Made by a program: the position numbers and the translations under genes. Shown piece after piece: positions 38,461 to 52,148 of a stretch of 64,000 nucleotides of DNA. Source of the stretch: the human T2T-CHM13v2.0 reference genome, Homo sapiens; assembly GCF_009914755.1 (NCBI RefSeq), contig NC_060937.1; one strand, written 5' to 3'. The notes beneath the pieces were generated by a model that was given only the letters and a program-made list of their open reading frames with translations, made no database searches and was not told the origin of the DNA. The stretch's first letter is position 1. The number at the start of each line of letters is the position of its first letter.

Positions 38461-41400
38461 GTGTCCTCTCCACCCTCACCCCCACCCCTACCCCAGCCGT
38501 GCCCCAGGCACTATCCATAGATGAAAAGAGACAGCCATCCTCAGCACCCTCCAGACCAGAGCAAGCTGAGAACAGTTGATGCCTCCCCAGAGCTCCTGAC
38601 ACAACTCCAGTGCTGTGGAGGAGGCCCATCCCACAGAGCTGCTGCAAGAAGAAGATGCTGGGAGCTGAGCTGCTCCCTGGCAATCGCCTCCAGGCCAGCT
38701 CAAGCCATGCTAAGGGATGGGGGTCATAGGGACAAAAGGGCATTGTGTGTGAGAGAGGGAGTGGGGAGGGAGTGTGGGGAGGAATGCACTGGCAATTTCT
38801 TCCTCTCCCAAAGCTTTCCTCGCCCAGCTGTCTCGTGGCAAAGGAAGGACCCTCCCTGGAGGGGCTGGCAGCCCACCATGGATGCCTGGAGACTGGAGCT
38901 GATTGATTGTGTTATTAGATTTCCTCCAAAGGACAGAGGGCTTCATTTAGCTGGCATTGTGTCACTTGCTACAATGGCCCCTGAGTATATAGACGCTGCC
39001 TTATGCCGTTCCCTTTAATTCCCTTCAAATAGGGACATTTAAAAAGAGTCCAATAACATTTTTCTGAAAGGAACCTCCACCTCCTTTTTTTAAAGAACAG
39101 AATCATTTGTTTCCAAAAGGGGGCCCTCCAAAAGAAGCTGGAGGAGCAGAAACCATTTTAATAGCATCTTCTCTTTGCTGAATTGTGTCTTCATTTTACA
39201 CTGCGGCTTTATTCTCTGCCCCTTTGACACAGCCAGCTGCCTTTCACGTTCCAGCTCAGAAACAGGCTGGCTTCAGGCTGTAACAGGCACCAGCTTCCAA
39301 AGCCCTTTCTCCAGATGACTCACGTTAGCTTGTGTGAGCCTGTGAGCCCCACACCACAGCTCCCAGACCTTTGTTCCTTTGCAAAGTGCATTTAAGCTCC
39401 AAGTACTAAAACAGTGTCTACCTAAGTCTCCTGCCTTACATTGGAGTGAAATAATTAATTACACAGTGGAGTGTCTGGTTCCTATCTTGTTCAGGTTCAT
39501 CCTGTTATCAACTCAGCAGCTGGAGGAAGTGACATCACGTGCCCAAGCTCGGCTTTGAAGCTGGAGGTGCATACCGAGACACTGTATGTGGTACTGCACT
39601 CTGGCCAGGAAACATCACCCTTGGACCATCTGTTAAACTATTTAAAAAAAAAAAAAAAGTTGGGACATCAGTTTCTTAACTAGAGTTTCAAATCCTATTG
39701 TTCAAATGGTGAGAAAAGCCTTTTGTGAATTCTGCTCTTAGCCTGGAAGGTTATAAAAGGAGTGGAGATAAGTTCCTGCAAGTGTCTTGAAAATTAAATC
39801 CTTTTATAGAAAGCATAAATATATGTGGGGCTAGGTGGGGGGAATGCTCCACTGAGCAGGCTCCCATGTAACTAGTGAAGCAGATCCATTTAATGCTAGT
39901 CACCAGGATTTCTTTGCCCGAGTATTCCAAGCCCTGGTCTGGGGCTGCTTTTCTACTCCTATGAAAAAGTGCTTTATCAACTGCTTATCTCAAGTTTTTC
40001 TTAGTGAGTAACAGCTCTGGGAACTCTCTGTGTGGATCTGAACAGCATGCAAAATCATTTTACTTTTAAGACAAAAGACATTAGCTTCCTGTAGCTTTCT
40101 TAGCCATCTCTACCTCTCTTCCTTTCCCACCCACTTTTCCCTCCCCTCCCCTTCTTCCAACCCCCATGGCACTAAATAAAATGCTTAGAAAATGAAGGCC
40201 ACAGCTGCCCTTTCTTCCCATTAAAACAATCAAGAATGATGGTGGGTTTAATATATTTGATTAGAGAAACTCCAATTTGGTGCACTTGAATCAGCTGCCT
40301 TTGTCTTCAGCTCCCGATGGCCCGATTTCAGTGGAATGTCCTCTGCTGTCCACTGCCAGCTCAGGCTGGGAGAAAATTCAGACGCTGAAAGCATTGGCTT
40401 GGCATGCTCAGAAACACGGTATTTATGCTGTAGAAGATGCCAGGCCCACTTCTTCCTAATCAGAGGGAGCGCCACTTCATTAAATCGTGGTCACTTACTG
40501 GTGACCCTCATAGTTGTAGCCCTGGGGGGCCTGTGGTACTCTTTAGCAATGTTAATTTTTCATGGATTTTATTGCTTTCCTTCATTGATATTGGCTGTTG
40601 AAATTCCAGCCTGAATCCTGTTCAAACAACCCAGGAGATTCTGGTACCCAACTTGCACAGAGGAAGTTCAGAGAATAATAATCACATTTACATATGGAGT
40701 CTCTTTCATTCAAAGAACAAATAGAAAACTAATGGAAAATAAGAAAATGTGTCATCATTTCCCCACAAGGTGTTATTAAACAGGTTTGAAATATTGCCTG
40801 GGCAGCCCCAAACTTGTAGGGTACTTGAGAAGGAATTGATCTCCTTGGGGGCTGGAGGCTTGGCAAACACAGCTTATTTGCACTTAAAGTTTATAGAGAT
40901 TTTTAGGAAGGGCTCTCTTGAAATATTCTAAATAAATGTATGCTCCAAGAATAAGTACAAGAATGAATTCAGGATAAGAGTTTAAATTCCTATCAAAGAC
41001 ATATTGAAATGCTACAGAGTTTGTAGGGGTTTATTTGAATATATTTTAATCCCTACCATGGCCAGAGTCAGAGATTGGAGTTAGATGGACGAGGTCACAA
41101 AGACTGCTAAACTCATTTTCTACACTTTTATGAAGCGAAATCCCCACGTCTCCCAGTATCCACCCCAAGTCAGCCGCCTAGCTGAGCCCCTGCCCAGTGA
41201 CTTCTCCACCCAGGCTCTGTGGTAGGAAACCAAAGCCCAGGGACACAGCCAAGTTAGAAATAGCATTCAGGCTTTTGGGTCCCAGTGTCCATGCCCAGTC
41301 TGTGAGTTGGCCTGTCAACAACATGGACAAGGGACATGCTGGGTTCTGCCAGGCTCAGGAAGAGTGGCCCGGGAAGGAGGGCTTCCCGTCCTCCACAGCC

Positions 41401-42519
41401 CTGGCAGTGAGCATCTCGCCATCACCTCAGGGGTGGGTGGGTGGGGGCTGGATGTCACTCAGAGACCAGTGTGGTCCCCATCAGCTTTGCAGGCGCTGCA
41501 AGCCCAAGTCCTCAGAGGAGACCTGGTTACAGTCTGTCTCCACACTCAAAGGCACTCTGGTCGTGGGGCAAGAAGAATGAGCACAGCCTTCTGGGAGGGA
41601 CGGTTTCCCAAGAGCAGCACCCACACACAGGGAAGGACTCTGAGAGAAGGTGCCGAGCCTGGCAGTGTGAATGAGCTCCATGCTTCTCCTTGGGAGAAAC
41701 GAAAGCCTTTCTAGACACTGAGGGAGCAGAGTACAGGCAGCTAAGGCCCACACGGCCCCCCAAGGTGCATCAGATAACTTTAGTTACAAAAATACAACAA
41801 AGAGCTGGCTGCATTTTACCTCCCCTTCCACTGTAAAAGTCGAGATTTAAGATTCCTGTTGTATAAGAATTAATATGAAAAGAATTTTGTATCCTATTAT
41901 GGCATTGTGTTATAATAATGGAATGCTCTCCCCGCCCAATCTGGCTTACTGTCCCCTAGATCTTGCCAATGATTATTCAGTTCCACAGTGTGTGAGTGTT
42001 GCTGTGGGGACAGCCTCCTGAGCCTGAAAGAAAGAGGCCATGAATGCTTCAAGCTGGAAAACGGCATAGTCAGCCCTCCGCCCCGGGCACCCCTATCTAC
42101 GCACACTCAGACACACACACGGGGACACACACACTTCACCCAGCGGTTTTACTATCTTCCAAGCTAACCTGGACTTGCATGGGAAGTTTAATACTTGGAC
42201 AACTGCAGCTGTATGAGCAGCTCATTGTCTCTGACGTGACACACAATGGGTTCCAGAAAAGGAAAACAAAATACTCTTTAAACTGTGCTGCATTCTGTTT
42301 GGAAATCGAGAGTCCAGGCAAAGGGTTTTCCTTGACAAACCAGAACAGGGGTGTTGTTGCTGCACTTTAATTTTGCTTGGTAACTGGATCTTGTTCCCCT
42401 GAGCATAAAGATTTAACAGAGTTTCTCCAGAATTTACCAATTCAGAGAGTTCTGAACAGCTAAGTAGGGGTGGGCAGGGGAAAATGTGTTTTTAACTCAT
42501 CACATGTCCGCAGGATTCT

Positions 42520-42740
42520 TAAGGAGAAAACGGCGACCGGTTCTTTTCCATGTCCCCCGGAACAAAGCAAGGAGAAATGAACTTCAGCTGCAGCAGGTGA
42601 GATTCAAGTGAGACATGAGAAAAGTTTTCCAGCCTGAGGAATGTTGACTAGAATGTATCACTGAGTGAGGATGCTGAAACACTGCGGAAGATCCATGGGT
42701 CTGGCTAATTACCGCGTAGTAAGGGGTGGAACCCTTGGAT
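42520..42740 (+). mobile_element. L3/CR1 LINE 3' fragment
   Basis: aacaaagcaaggagaaatgaacttcagctgcagcaggtgagattcaagtgagacatgagaaaagtttt. Confidence 0.55.
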
Positions 42741-44705
42741 TCTACGGAAGCTCCTGGCTGGTTAGGTGCTGATAATGGTGTGTTGTTTCATTTTGTTTCA
42801 AGATTTCTAGTTGTTAGGCTCCCATTGTCACATATTTCCCTCAAATCAACTCCCTCTGAATCACCCTATTTGGAGGGAGACACTATTCTCCATTTCCGCT
42901 CGGCCACTTCCAGCCTCACCCGCTCTTTATAATCTTCAGTGAGGAAATGCCTCTCACAGTCACTCTTCCTTCCCTACCATGGCACCGAACCACAGATTCC
43001 CAGCATTGAACAATGGCCATGGAAGATGTATCTGGTTGAGTTTGTTGTTTGTGTTTTTTTTCTTTTCCTTTTTCTTAATAGAATTCCTTCAATTACACGT
43101 ATGTTTTCAGCAGCCGGGCCAATCCTCCTCCTCACAGGGGTGAGGTCAGCAAAACCAGGAAGCTCTCAGAGCCAAGAAAGCCTCAGATCCAGGAGGAAGT
43201 AGTTATGGATGCCCATAGCTGAAGTGCTCTGTGTCCACTGGAAGTAAAAGGAGCAGGTTCCTGCCGAAGAATGTACAGAGGACGTGAAATCATGTGTGGC
43301 TACACTGAAGCTAAAGGCTGCCAGCCAACCATAGCCAGTTGGGGATATAAACCTCTAAAAACCAAAACTGGGGAAAAATGGCTCCCCATTTTCTGAGGTA
43401 CTCTTGGAGCACAAGCTGAATGAAAACCAATCATCATTGCCCTGCCTAGCATGAAGCAGAATGAAAAGAAGGCAGATAATATTTCCTCCCCTGAACCACT
43501 CATCCATATCTGCTCTATTCAGATATTTGTGCCTAGGCAACTGCACCCACCCCTCTCAGCATTTACCCACAGATCCTCAAAACCAAGCCCTAGCACAATC
43601 GACTCCAGTGAAAATTTAAAAAGCTATCCCAAACATCTCCAAGCTTCTTTCCTCTGCAACTTCCCTCCTTCTTCTTCATCACCAGTTATACCACCAAAGT
43701 ATCTACAACTGCTCAGATGCAGGCAAACTACCCTGAAAGTGCTCACATGTATTTCTTCCTTCCCTTGAGGGTGATATTCTACAGTAATTCCATTATGTTT
43801 ACAAATAGAAAAGTTATTTCAATACATCTGTATATTATATATATGTATATATATACACACATAGCTTTTATATCACTGACACAGTGTTACATGCAATAAA
43901 GAGAGGAATTATTTATATCAGTACAATTTCCAAATTAGTAATTGCTCGCATTGAATTAGGTACTGTACAAATGGATTACAATGCAAATATATAAGCTATA
44001 TACAAGCTTATAATTTTGAAAATATTCAAACTTGGGACATTTACGGGTATGTTTTGAGATGTGCCTATACCTGTGCATCACAACAGTGCCATAGGTCAGT
44101 TTTTCTGAGATTCAGGTGTCCATCGGATCTCCTGATGAGCCACAGGCCCTCAGAGAGGTCTACATGGTAGCTACAGGTCAACAGATGGCATGAACAAGGG
44201 CATTTCCTCCAGCCGAAGACTATGAGAACATCTATCTCTGAGAACATCAGAGTCTGCCCTCTGATACTCAGAAGAAGGTAGACATGAGCCCAGACACCTA
44301 GCTTGACTCCAGCCTCCATTAGCCGCTCCTCCAGGATGAACCATCCAATAAGACATTTAGTACATACCATTCGAATGCCCCAAATTCAGGGAAACATACA
44401 GTTAAAATAGGTCACAGGTAGACTTCTTGAATACAGAAGCACTGTCTTACTCAACTAAATATCTTCATTGCCTGGCAAAATTTCTGTTTCACAGTGGTTA
44501 ATAAATCCTAGCTGCTTAATCAATGCATGAATAAATTTTGTCAAGCCTCAAATATCAGAAAGCCTTCAAGGAATTCTGGGAAGGTTAGGAGAAACAAGGT
44601 GTGGTGTGTTAGTGTTGATAGGAAAGACAACTTTGTAGGGCCATGGGTAAGTAGGATTTGGTCCACAGATTTGGAGAAAATGCAGGGAAAGAATTGGTTG
44701 TGAAT

Positions 44706-44956
44706 TTACCTATATTGTCCAGTACCTCTATTGCCCAAATGTGCATGGTAAGGAATACTGACCCGGCTACTGCCTAGGATATGGAGACCTAAGACAGCCA
44801 AGATAGGAAGGATACACACCCACACAGAGTGCAACTTGATGGATAAGCAGCTCACAGAAGGTGACTTCCTCCAACACATTTCCTTCACAATTGTACCCAA
44901 TTGGGATGGAGGAGATTCTTCTGGGTCTGAAGCAATATGCTCAGCTCTGTGCCTCT
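44706..44956 (-). CDS. LINC01548: Putative 108-aa protein (C21orf54), coding exon 2: (K)RHRAEHIASDPEESPP...VWVCILPILAVLGLHILG...GTGQYR*
   Basis: Strong acceptor, phase-compatible with exon 1. Same frame as ORF-track entry 44706..44999; one hydrophobic stretch. Confidence 0.5.
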
Positions 44957-45832
44957 CTGTGGGAAAGGAGAGCATGGGTGTGCCCATTAAAGCATGCATG
45001 TGTCCATGGATGCCTGCTCAGTCCCACAGAGCACCTGAGAGACAGAACTGGACCAATGATCATTATCATCATAATTAGAATTGTTACTGCCAGTAGTTGT
45101 GTTTAGTCCAGTGCCCAGCACCCTGTAATGTGTCCAATAATTGGACTGAAGGCTGAGCATAAAGAAATGCTAAATAATAGTAGTTTCATATGACAGATGA
45201 AAAAGCAAAATATAGATGGATGCAGAAAAAAGTAAAGGAAGCACTTGCTTTGATGTATAGACCTTTACCAGTGTTAAGAAATCAGTGGTGTGGCATTGGA
45301 ATCTATACTTAGGGCATATTTAGTATACATTAAATGCGTGTTGGTCTTGCTTCTCGCACCAAATAAGTACAGTTGGAACAACTGCAATACTCACAGGAAT
45401 TTTAAAGTACGTTGAAATGTACATAGCTATTTCTGAAGATGTTTAAAAACACCCTTGTCCCATTACTACAGTGCCCCCAAACGCTTTTTCATTTGAAAGC
45501 CAATAACAATGTCTTCACCAATCATATTCCTACGATCCCAGCAGGTGGGCAAGACTAGAAAAGCAGCCAGGCTACACATTTGCATCAAACAATAGAGAAA
45601 CAGCCTTTATGAGGGACAGAATATAAGGAGAAGGGACAGGGTGAGGAAAGAGCACAAATAGGATTGTGTCTCAGCAGAACATCTGAGGTTTACCACCATT
45701 CCATCAACTGCATCCTCAGCAAGCTGATAACGATGAGCCTTTAATGCATTTGCTGCCTCTGACTTGTGCGGCCCAGCATGCAATCATCCAAATGATACCA
45801 CAATAATGCTGGAGCACACATTAAGCACTTAC

Positions 45833-45908
45833 TGTAATAGCTGGACTGCTGAGCAGGAGACATCGAAGGACGCAGAGCAGCAGGCATTAAGGGTGCCTTT
45901 GACTGCAT
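45833..45908 (-). CDS. LINC01548: Putative 108-aa protein (C21orf54), coding exon 1: MQSKAPLMPAALRPSMSPAQQSSYY + 1 nt
   Basis: ATG at 45908; 76 nt to a phase-1 GTAAGT donor; joins the next exon in frame (A|AG = Lys). Weak Kozak context, so translation is doubtful. Confidence 0.5.
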
Positions 45909-46045
45909 GTGCACACTCGTACGAAGCCATGGTGTGGACTCCAATGAGCTATGTAGTGAGGACTGCAGTGAGATCACTGAAGAAGGAAATCGAGCAACGA
46001 AAGGTTGCTGATGGGACCTCTCTATTTTTAGGTTAAAAAATGTAT

Positions 46046-46270
46046 TACACCAAAAATGAACCCTAATGTAAACTGTGGGCTTCAGATGATAATGATGTGT
46101 CAGTATAGGTTCCACTGTAGCAAATGTACCCTCTGGTGCAGGATATTGACAGTGGGGGAGGTGGTGTGGAGGGGAATGGGATATATGGGATATCCTTGTA
46201 CTGTCTGCTCAGTTTGACTATGAATCTAAAATTGCTCTAGGACATAAAGTCAATATATAAATAAATAAAT
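46046..46270 (+). mobile_element. L1MC1/2-like 3' end (intronic)
   Basis: tgaaccctaatgtaaactgtggg...ataatgatgtgtcag...aaatgtaccctctggtgcaggatattgac...aatctaaaattgctcta. Confidence 0.85.
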
Positions 46271-46551
46271 TTCAAACGTGGGATCTGGGGAGTTGTACGA
46301 TATTCCCTGCAGTAAATAGCATTACTTACATATCAAGCGGCCTCATGCAGGTGAAGATAAAAGGACATAGCATCAAACATCTGGGTGTCTGCAGCAAACC
46401 ATCCCAACTCCCGCTCCAAAGAAAATGACTCCAAAGGTTTTCCTGTTAGCATATTTCCAGTTATCAAAATCTTATGTTTTCAACCATCAGACATCTTGAA
46501 AGAGTAGTTGATGTTTTCATTGTTGTCATTACTCTTAAGTCTTAATGGCTC

Positions 46552-47102
46552 TGTGTTATTTTCCTGTGGCTGCTGTAACAAATCACTACAAATTTCGTAT
46601 TTAAAATAAATGCAAGTTTATTATCTTACAGTTCTGTAGATCAGAAGTCTGGTATGCATTGCAGCCAACTAATGTCTAGGTGTTGACAGGCCGTGCTCCA
46701 TTCTGAAGGTCCCAGAAGAGACTGCACTTCCTACTCATTTAGGTGGTTAGCAGAATTCCTTGCACTGGTAGGCCTGAGGTCTCTATTTTCTTCCTGCCTA
46801 TAAACTGAGAACTGTTCTCTGCATCTAGAGGCCACCACATTTCCTTGGCCTATGGCCCTCTTCCTCCATCTCCAATATCATATCTCTCTGACACTCTTCC
46901 TGCTGGCTCTTTGACTTACAAAGACTCATGTGATTAAACTGGGGCCCACCCAGATAACCCAGGATAATCTCCCCATGTCAAAATCTGTGCCCTTAGTCGC
47001 AACTGTGCAGCCTCTTTTGCTCTGTAAGATAACATATTCACAGGCTCCAAGGATTAGGGCAGGCACATCTTTGAGGGGTGGGGCGTATTATGCCTACCAT
47101 AC
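46552..47102 (-). mobile_element. MaLR LTR, MLT1E-like, apparently full length
   Basis: tgtgttattttcctgtggctgctgtaacaaatcactacaaa...ggggcccacccagataacccaggataatctccc...tattatgcctaccata. Confidence 0.85.
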
Positions 47103-47570
47103 TCTCCTTAACCCATTAATACATGGCCCTCATCCCCTTCTGAAACTCATTTCACTAAAGTCATCTTGAACACTTAAATGCTAAATCCATCCTCATCCAT
47201 ATGTGACCATTCTGCAGTGTTTGACACGGACATTACCTAATTCTTGAAGCACTTAGCTTCTACGTGCTATAACACTGTCTGCTGATCTATTCCTACTCCC
47301 TAGACCACCTCTTATTGAATCCTGCATTCATTTCTCTGCTTTCTTGTTCTTTCTTTGCACAGTGTGGTGGCACCTGTACATCCCAGGTTTGTGTCCAGAT
47401 CTCCTGGACCTTGGTTCCCAATCATAACTGCCTTCTGAGCTCGGCTTGCATGACACATAGGCTCCTTTCTATTCTTCACATAACTGATTCCTTTTTCTGC
47501 ATGATATACCTCATCGTGGCAACACCAAACCTCACTCTTCCATGACAGATCGTTAGAAGTCATCCTCTTC

Positions 47571-47869
<299 letters not shown>

Positions 47870-48028
47870 GTCATTCTCTCCTCCTCCTTCTGCCTCTACT
47901 CACAACCCCCCAACCCAGACAATGATAATGTTCTATCTTAACTCCTGAGTATCTCTTGAATCCACTCTCTCCTCTCTTGCTTGCTGTCATTGGTGATGTT
48001 CAGGCCCCCAGTATTAGCCCCAAGATTA

Positions 48029-48437
<409 letters not shown>

Positions 48438-48559
48438 TTGGTTGCTGCCCATTGCCCAAGAGCATCAAATCCAGCTCATGGCAATACCCTGCATACACAC
48501 ATACCCCACTGGCCTCGAAGGGGTTGCTGGGCTTATCACCCTCCCTTCTTCCACTTGCT

Positions 48560-48735
48560 ATCCATAGCCCCAGATCAGTCTACAGACCAGCAGCATCAGC
48601 ATCACCTGGGAGCATGTTAGAAATACACAATCTCAGGCCCCACCTCAGATCTACTTAATCAGACTTTGCATTTAAATAAGATTCCTATTTAAATTTTATG
48701 CACTTCATTAAAGTTGGAGACACATTGCTCCAGAG
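48560..48735 (+). mobile_element. MER5A hAT MITE
   Basis: gaccagcagcatcagcatcacctgggagcatgttagaaat...tctcaggccccacc...cattaaagttggagacacattgc. Confidence 0.85.
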
Positions 48736-50270
48736 CTGTGCTCCCCAGAGTGAGGCAGGTGAGGTAAGCTTTTGAGTATGGAAGCATCTTATTAGAAATT
48801 CTCTTTATTTTTATGTGTATTCTCCTCCCATTTAATTTGGATTTTTCCACATATTTTATGAATCACTGCCCATTTTAGCAAATCATCCAGACCCCTGTTC
48901 CTGTGCTTTTGCCTACACTATTCCTTTTGCCTGGAGTAATTTTCCTACTCTCCACTAATTAAAACTAGCTTCTGAACCCTGCAGCATCCCCTGCTCTAGG
49001 AGGCTTCCCCATCCCTTCAAATGGGTCATCACTCTCACTTCCACAATCTTGTAGACATTCTTCTTGCATTGCTTTTGTTTGCCTATTTATCTGCTCCATT
49101 AGGTCATGGGCTCCTCAAGGATGAGAACTGTTCAATCTCTATCTGTGTGCCCTCAGAGCATGGCACAGTGATATTTTCTTAGCTAAACAGATGAATAGCT
49201 AACTTGAGAAAATTCTGCTATATTTGTAATACCTTTTTATTTTTCACGCCTCTATTTGAAACAAAAGAGAGTTGTTGCCTAATCTCTTTCCTGAGATCAC
49301 ACAGCTCATACTTCTGGATGATTTCTAGCTGGTGACACACCAGCTGGACAGAGAGCTGAAAGTAGACAAGATTTCATTCTCACTCACCTGTAACCAACCC
49401 AGAGCATTTCAAATCACGCCCCTTCCAGCTTTGTGTCTATTTGGCATGGATATACACTACAAAGCAGAGAGGGAACAGACATCTGGATTAGAATGTTTAG
49501 CATCCTTTGCTTTGTGCAGACTTTAAGCTGAATACATATTTCATGACCATGGTCATGCCAACATTATTGCCCATATGAGCAAAGAGCAAACTCCTCATTT
49601 CAAAGAAAATCATTTTGTTTTCTGTCAGGTTCAGGGTAACATTGAATGATTCTGACCCCAACTGGTAAGCTACCACCAAATGGTATTAAGTTTATTAGGG
49701 ATATAGTCTGACATCTTGTAATAAAATGGTAGCTGATAAATTTTTCAGGTTGGCATATTTCTCTAAATCATATACAATGAAATTTGGCATGTGCAGAGGT
49801 CAAAGAGACATATCACAGGACTAAAGTCCATTTCTTCATATGCAAACTTGAGATAATAACACTTACCATGTAGGGTTACTGTGAAGGTCTAATGAGATGA
49901 TACATGTAAACAAAATTGTACACTTTAAAACTCTACATAAATGTATTACATTTTATTAATAACATTAATCTTTTTTAATGAGTCCTTAGATTTCACTTCA
50001 TCGGGCGGGCAGTTGCAAGCCCTCTACTCTTTCTTAAATATTTCTTTTTCCTGGCTTTCTGTTGTTCTCATCCTCTTTCTTAATTCAAAGGGATCTATAT
50101 AACCCTTAGAATTAACTAGCAATTCAATAGTGTGAACAGGATAACCACTTACAGAATACACCTATGCATTTCATTTATTTTGTTTAATCAGGATGTGAGT
50201 AAATTATACATTTTTTTCCTCCCTGACATGTCATGCACTTAGCACTATATAGAATTAAACTTTAAGCTAA

Positions 50271-50642
<372 letters not shown>

Positions 50643-50849
50643 TGATAATAAATTATCTGCCTCAAACAAGATAGGTGTGCACTTGTTCACACGGAAAGGT
50701 AGGCAGGGAGAGGCTAGAAAGAGGACAGAAAATCACAGGAAAGATGGAGACTTAGATGTTGTTTTTCACTTCGGCTGCACCAATATCTATTTTATGGCTA
50801 TTTTCTTTCAACTATTCAGTACAGTGAAATAGATGTAAGATCCATTCAA

Positions 50850-51300
50850 AATTGAATTCAGCAAACTTAATTAACCATCTACTACTATAATATGCCAAAT
50901 TCTATTAATTAAAATAGCAAACATAAATATTTTATATTTATGTATCTAGATAACTGGAAAATAATACAAAAAATCGTATGAGACAGAAAAAGTATATACT
51001 AGAAAAGTATATACTATATACTAAAAAGCATATACTATATATGAAGGACTATGATAGCAGAGAGGGATTAATTTAGGCTAAAGAGAATCAGGAAAGCTTT
51101 CTCAGAGTATGTGATTTTCTTTGACGAGGGCCCAAAAGGAGCTGAGAATTGGGTAGGCAGAGATGGATGGGAAAGGGATTTCCATGAAGAGGAACAGTGG
51201 CATGAGGGCAGGCATGGGTGTGGCAAAGAGCAATGACCTCTACAGAGACATGAATTATAGCACATTGTGCAGTGAGTCTGTTATTCACGACAAACAGGCT
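50850..51300 (-). mobile_element. L2 fragment
   Basis: attcagcaaacttaattaaccatctactact...atcaggaaagctttctcagag...ttccatgaagaggaacagtggcatg. Confidence 0.6.
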
Positions 51301-51734
51301 TTGTTAAGGATGGAAAATGAATACCTATTATGAGACGTACTTTTGTGTCTTCTTTTTAGTCACGTTAACTGATGTATAATTTACATATGGTAACATTTCC
51401 CCTAATATACTTATTTTAACATCTAGCATAGGGCCCCAATGTCTAACTGAAAACTTTGCACATTGCAAATATTCAACATATATTAACTAGGGGGATGAAT
51501 GGTTTGCCATCAACATGGTATTATTTGATGTTATAAACTGACTCTTTTTTCCACAAGATCTGTTGGTAAGCCATTAAATTGACATGGTAGATAATATTAA
51601 TGTTTATCTTGATAGTTGTCTGACTTTCAAAGGTCCCTTGACTGACCTCACTATCTATCTCTTCATTTATAAATGCCTGCAGGTATGTCAACTCTCTCTC
51701 CAGAGTGTCTCAGGACATTTGGTTTGAAAATAGT

Positions 51735-52148
51735 TGATATGATTTGGATATTTGTCCTCTCCAAATTTCATGTGAAATGTGATCCACCAAGGTTGGAGAT
51801 GAGGCCTGGTGGGAGGTTGTTTTTATCATGGGCGTGGATCCTTCATTAATGGCTTGGCACATCCCTTACGGTAATGAGTTCTTGCTCTGTTAGTCCATGA
51901 AAGATCTGACTGTTAAGAAAAGCCTGACAGCTCCTCCTTTTCTCTTACTTCCTCTCTTGCCATGTGACATGCCAGCTCCCCTTGTCTCCCACCCTGAGTA
52001 AAAACTTCCCAAGGTCCTGACCAGAAGCAGATGTGAACACCATGCTTCCCGGGCAGCCTGCAGAACCGTAAACCAGATAAACCTCTTTTCCCTATAAGTT
52101 ACCCAGCCTCAGGTATTCCTTTACAGCAAAGCAAAATGGACAAACACA
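51735..52148 (+). mobile_element. MSTB-like MaLR solo LTR with 5-bp TSD
   Basis: TGATATGATTTGG...gcagcctgcagaaccgt...ttacccagcctcaggtattcctttacagc...ACA; flanks ATAGT / ATAGC. Confidence 0.9.

Larger units (their letters stand above)
44706..46400 (-). ncRNA. LINC01548: Spliced lncRNA/putative small-protein gene; exons at about 46400-46330, 45976-45833 and from 44956; true 5' and 3' ends not determinable
   Basis: Minus-strand splice signals: TAT|GTAAGT donor (46329), ttccttcttcAG acceptor (45977), ACA|GTAAGT donor (45832), ctctcctttcccacAG acceptor (44957). The spliced 108-aa product matches my recollection of C21orf54/LINC01548; not database-verified. Confidence 0.7.

Noticed and set aside
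44957-44999. N-terminus MHALMGTPMLSFPTE of the 97-aa ORF-track entry
   Set aside because: This stretch is the branch/polypyrimidine tract of the acceptor at 44957, so it is intronic in the spliced model.
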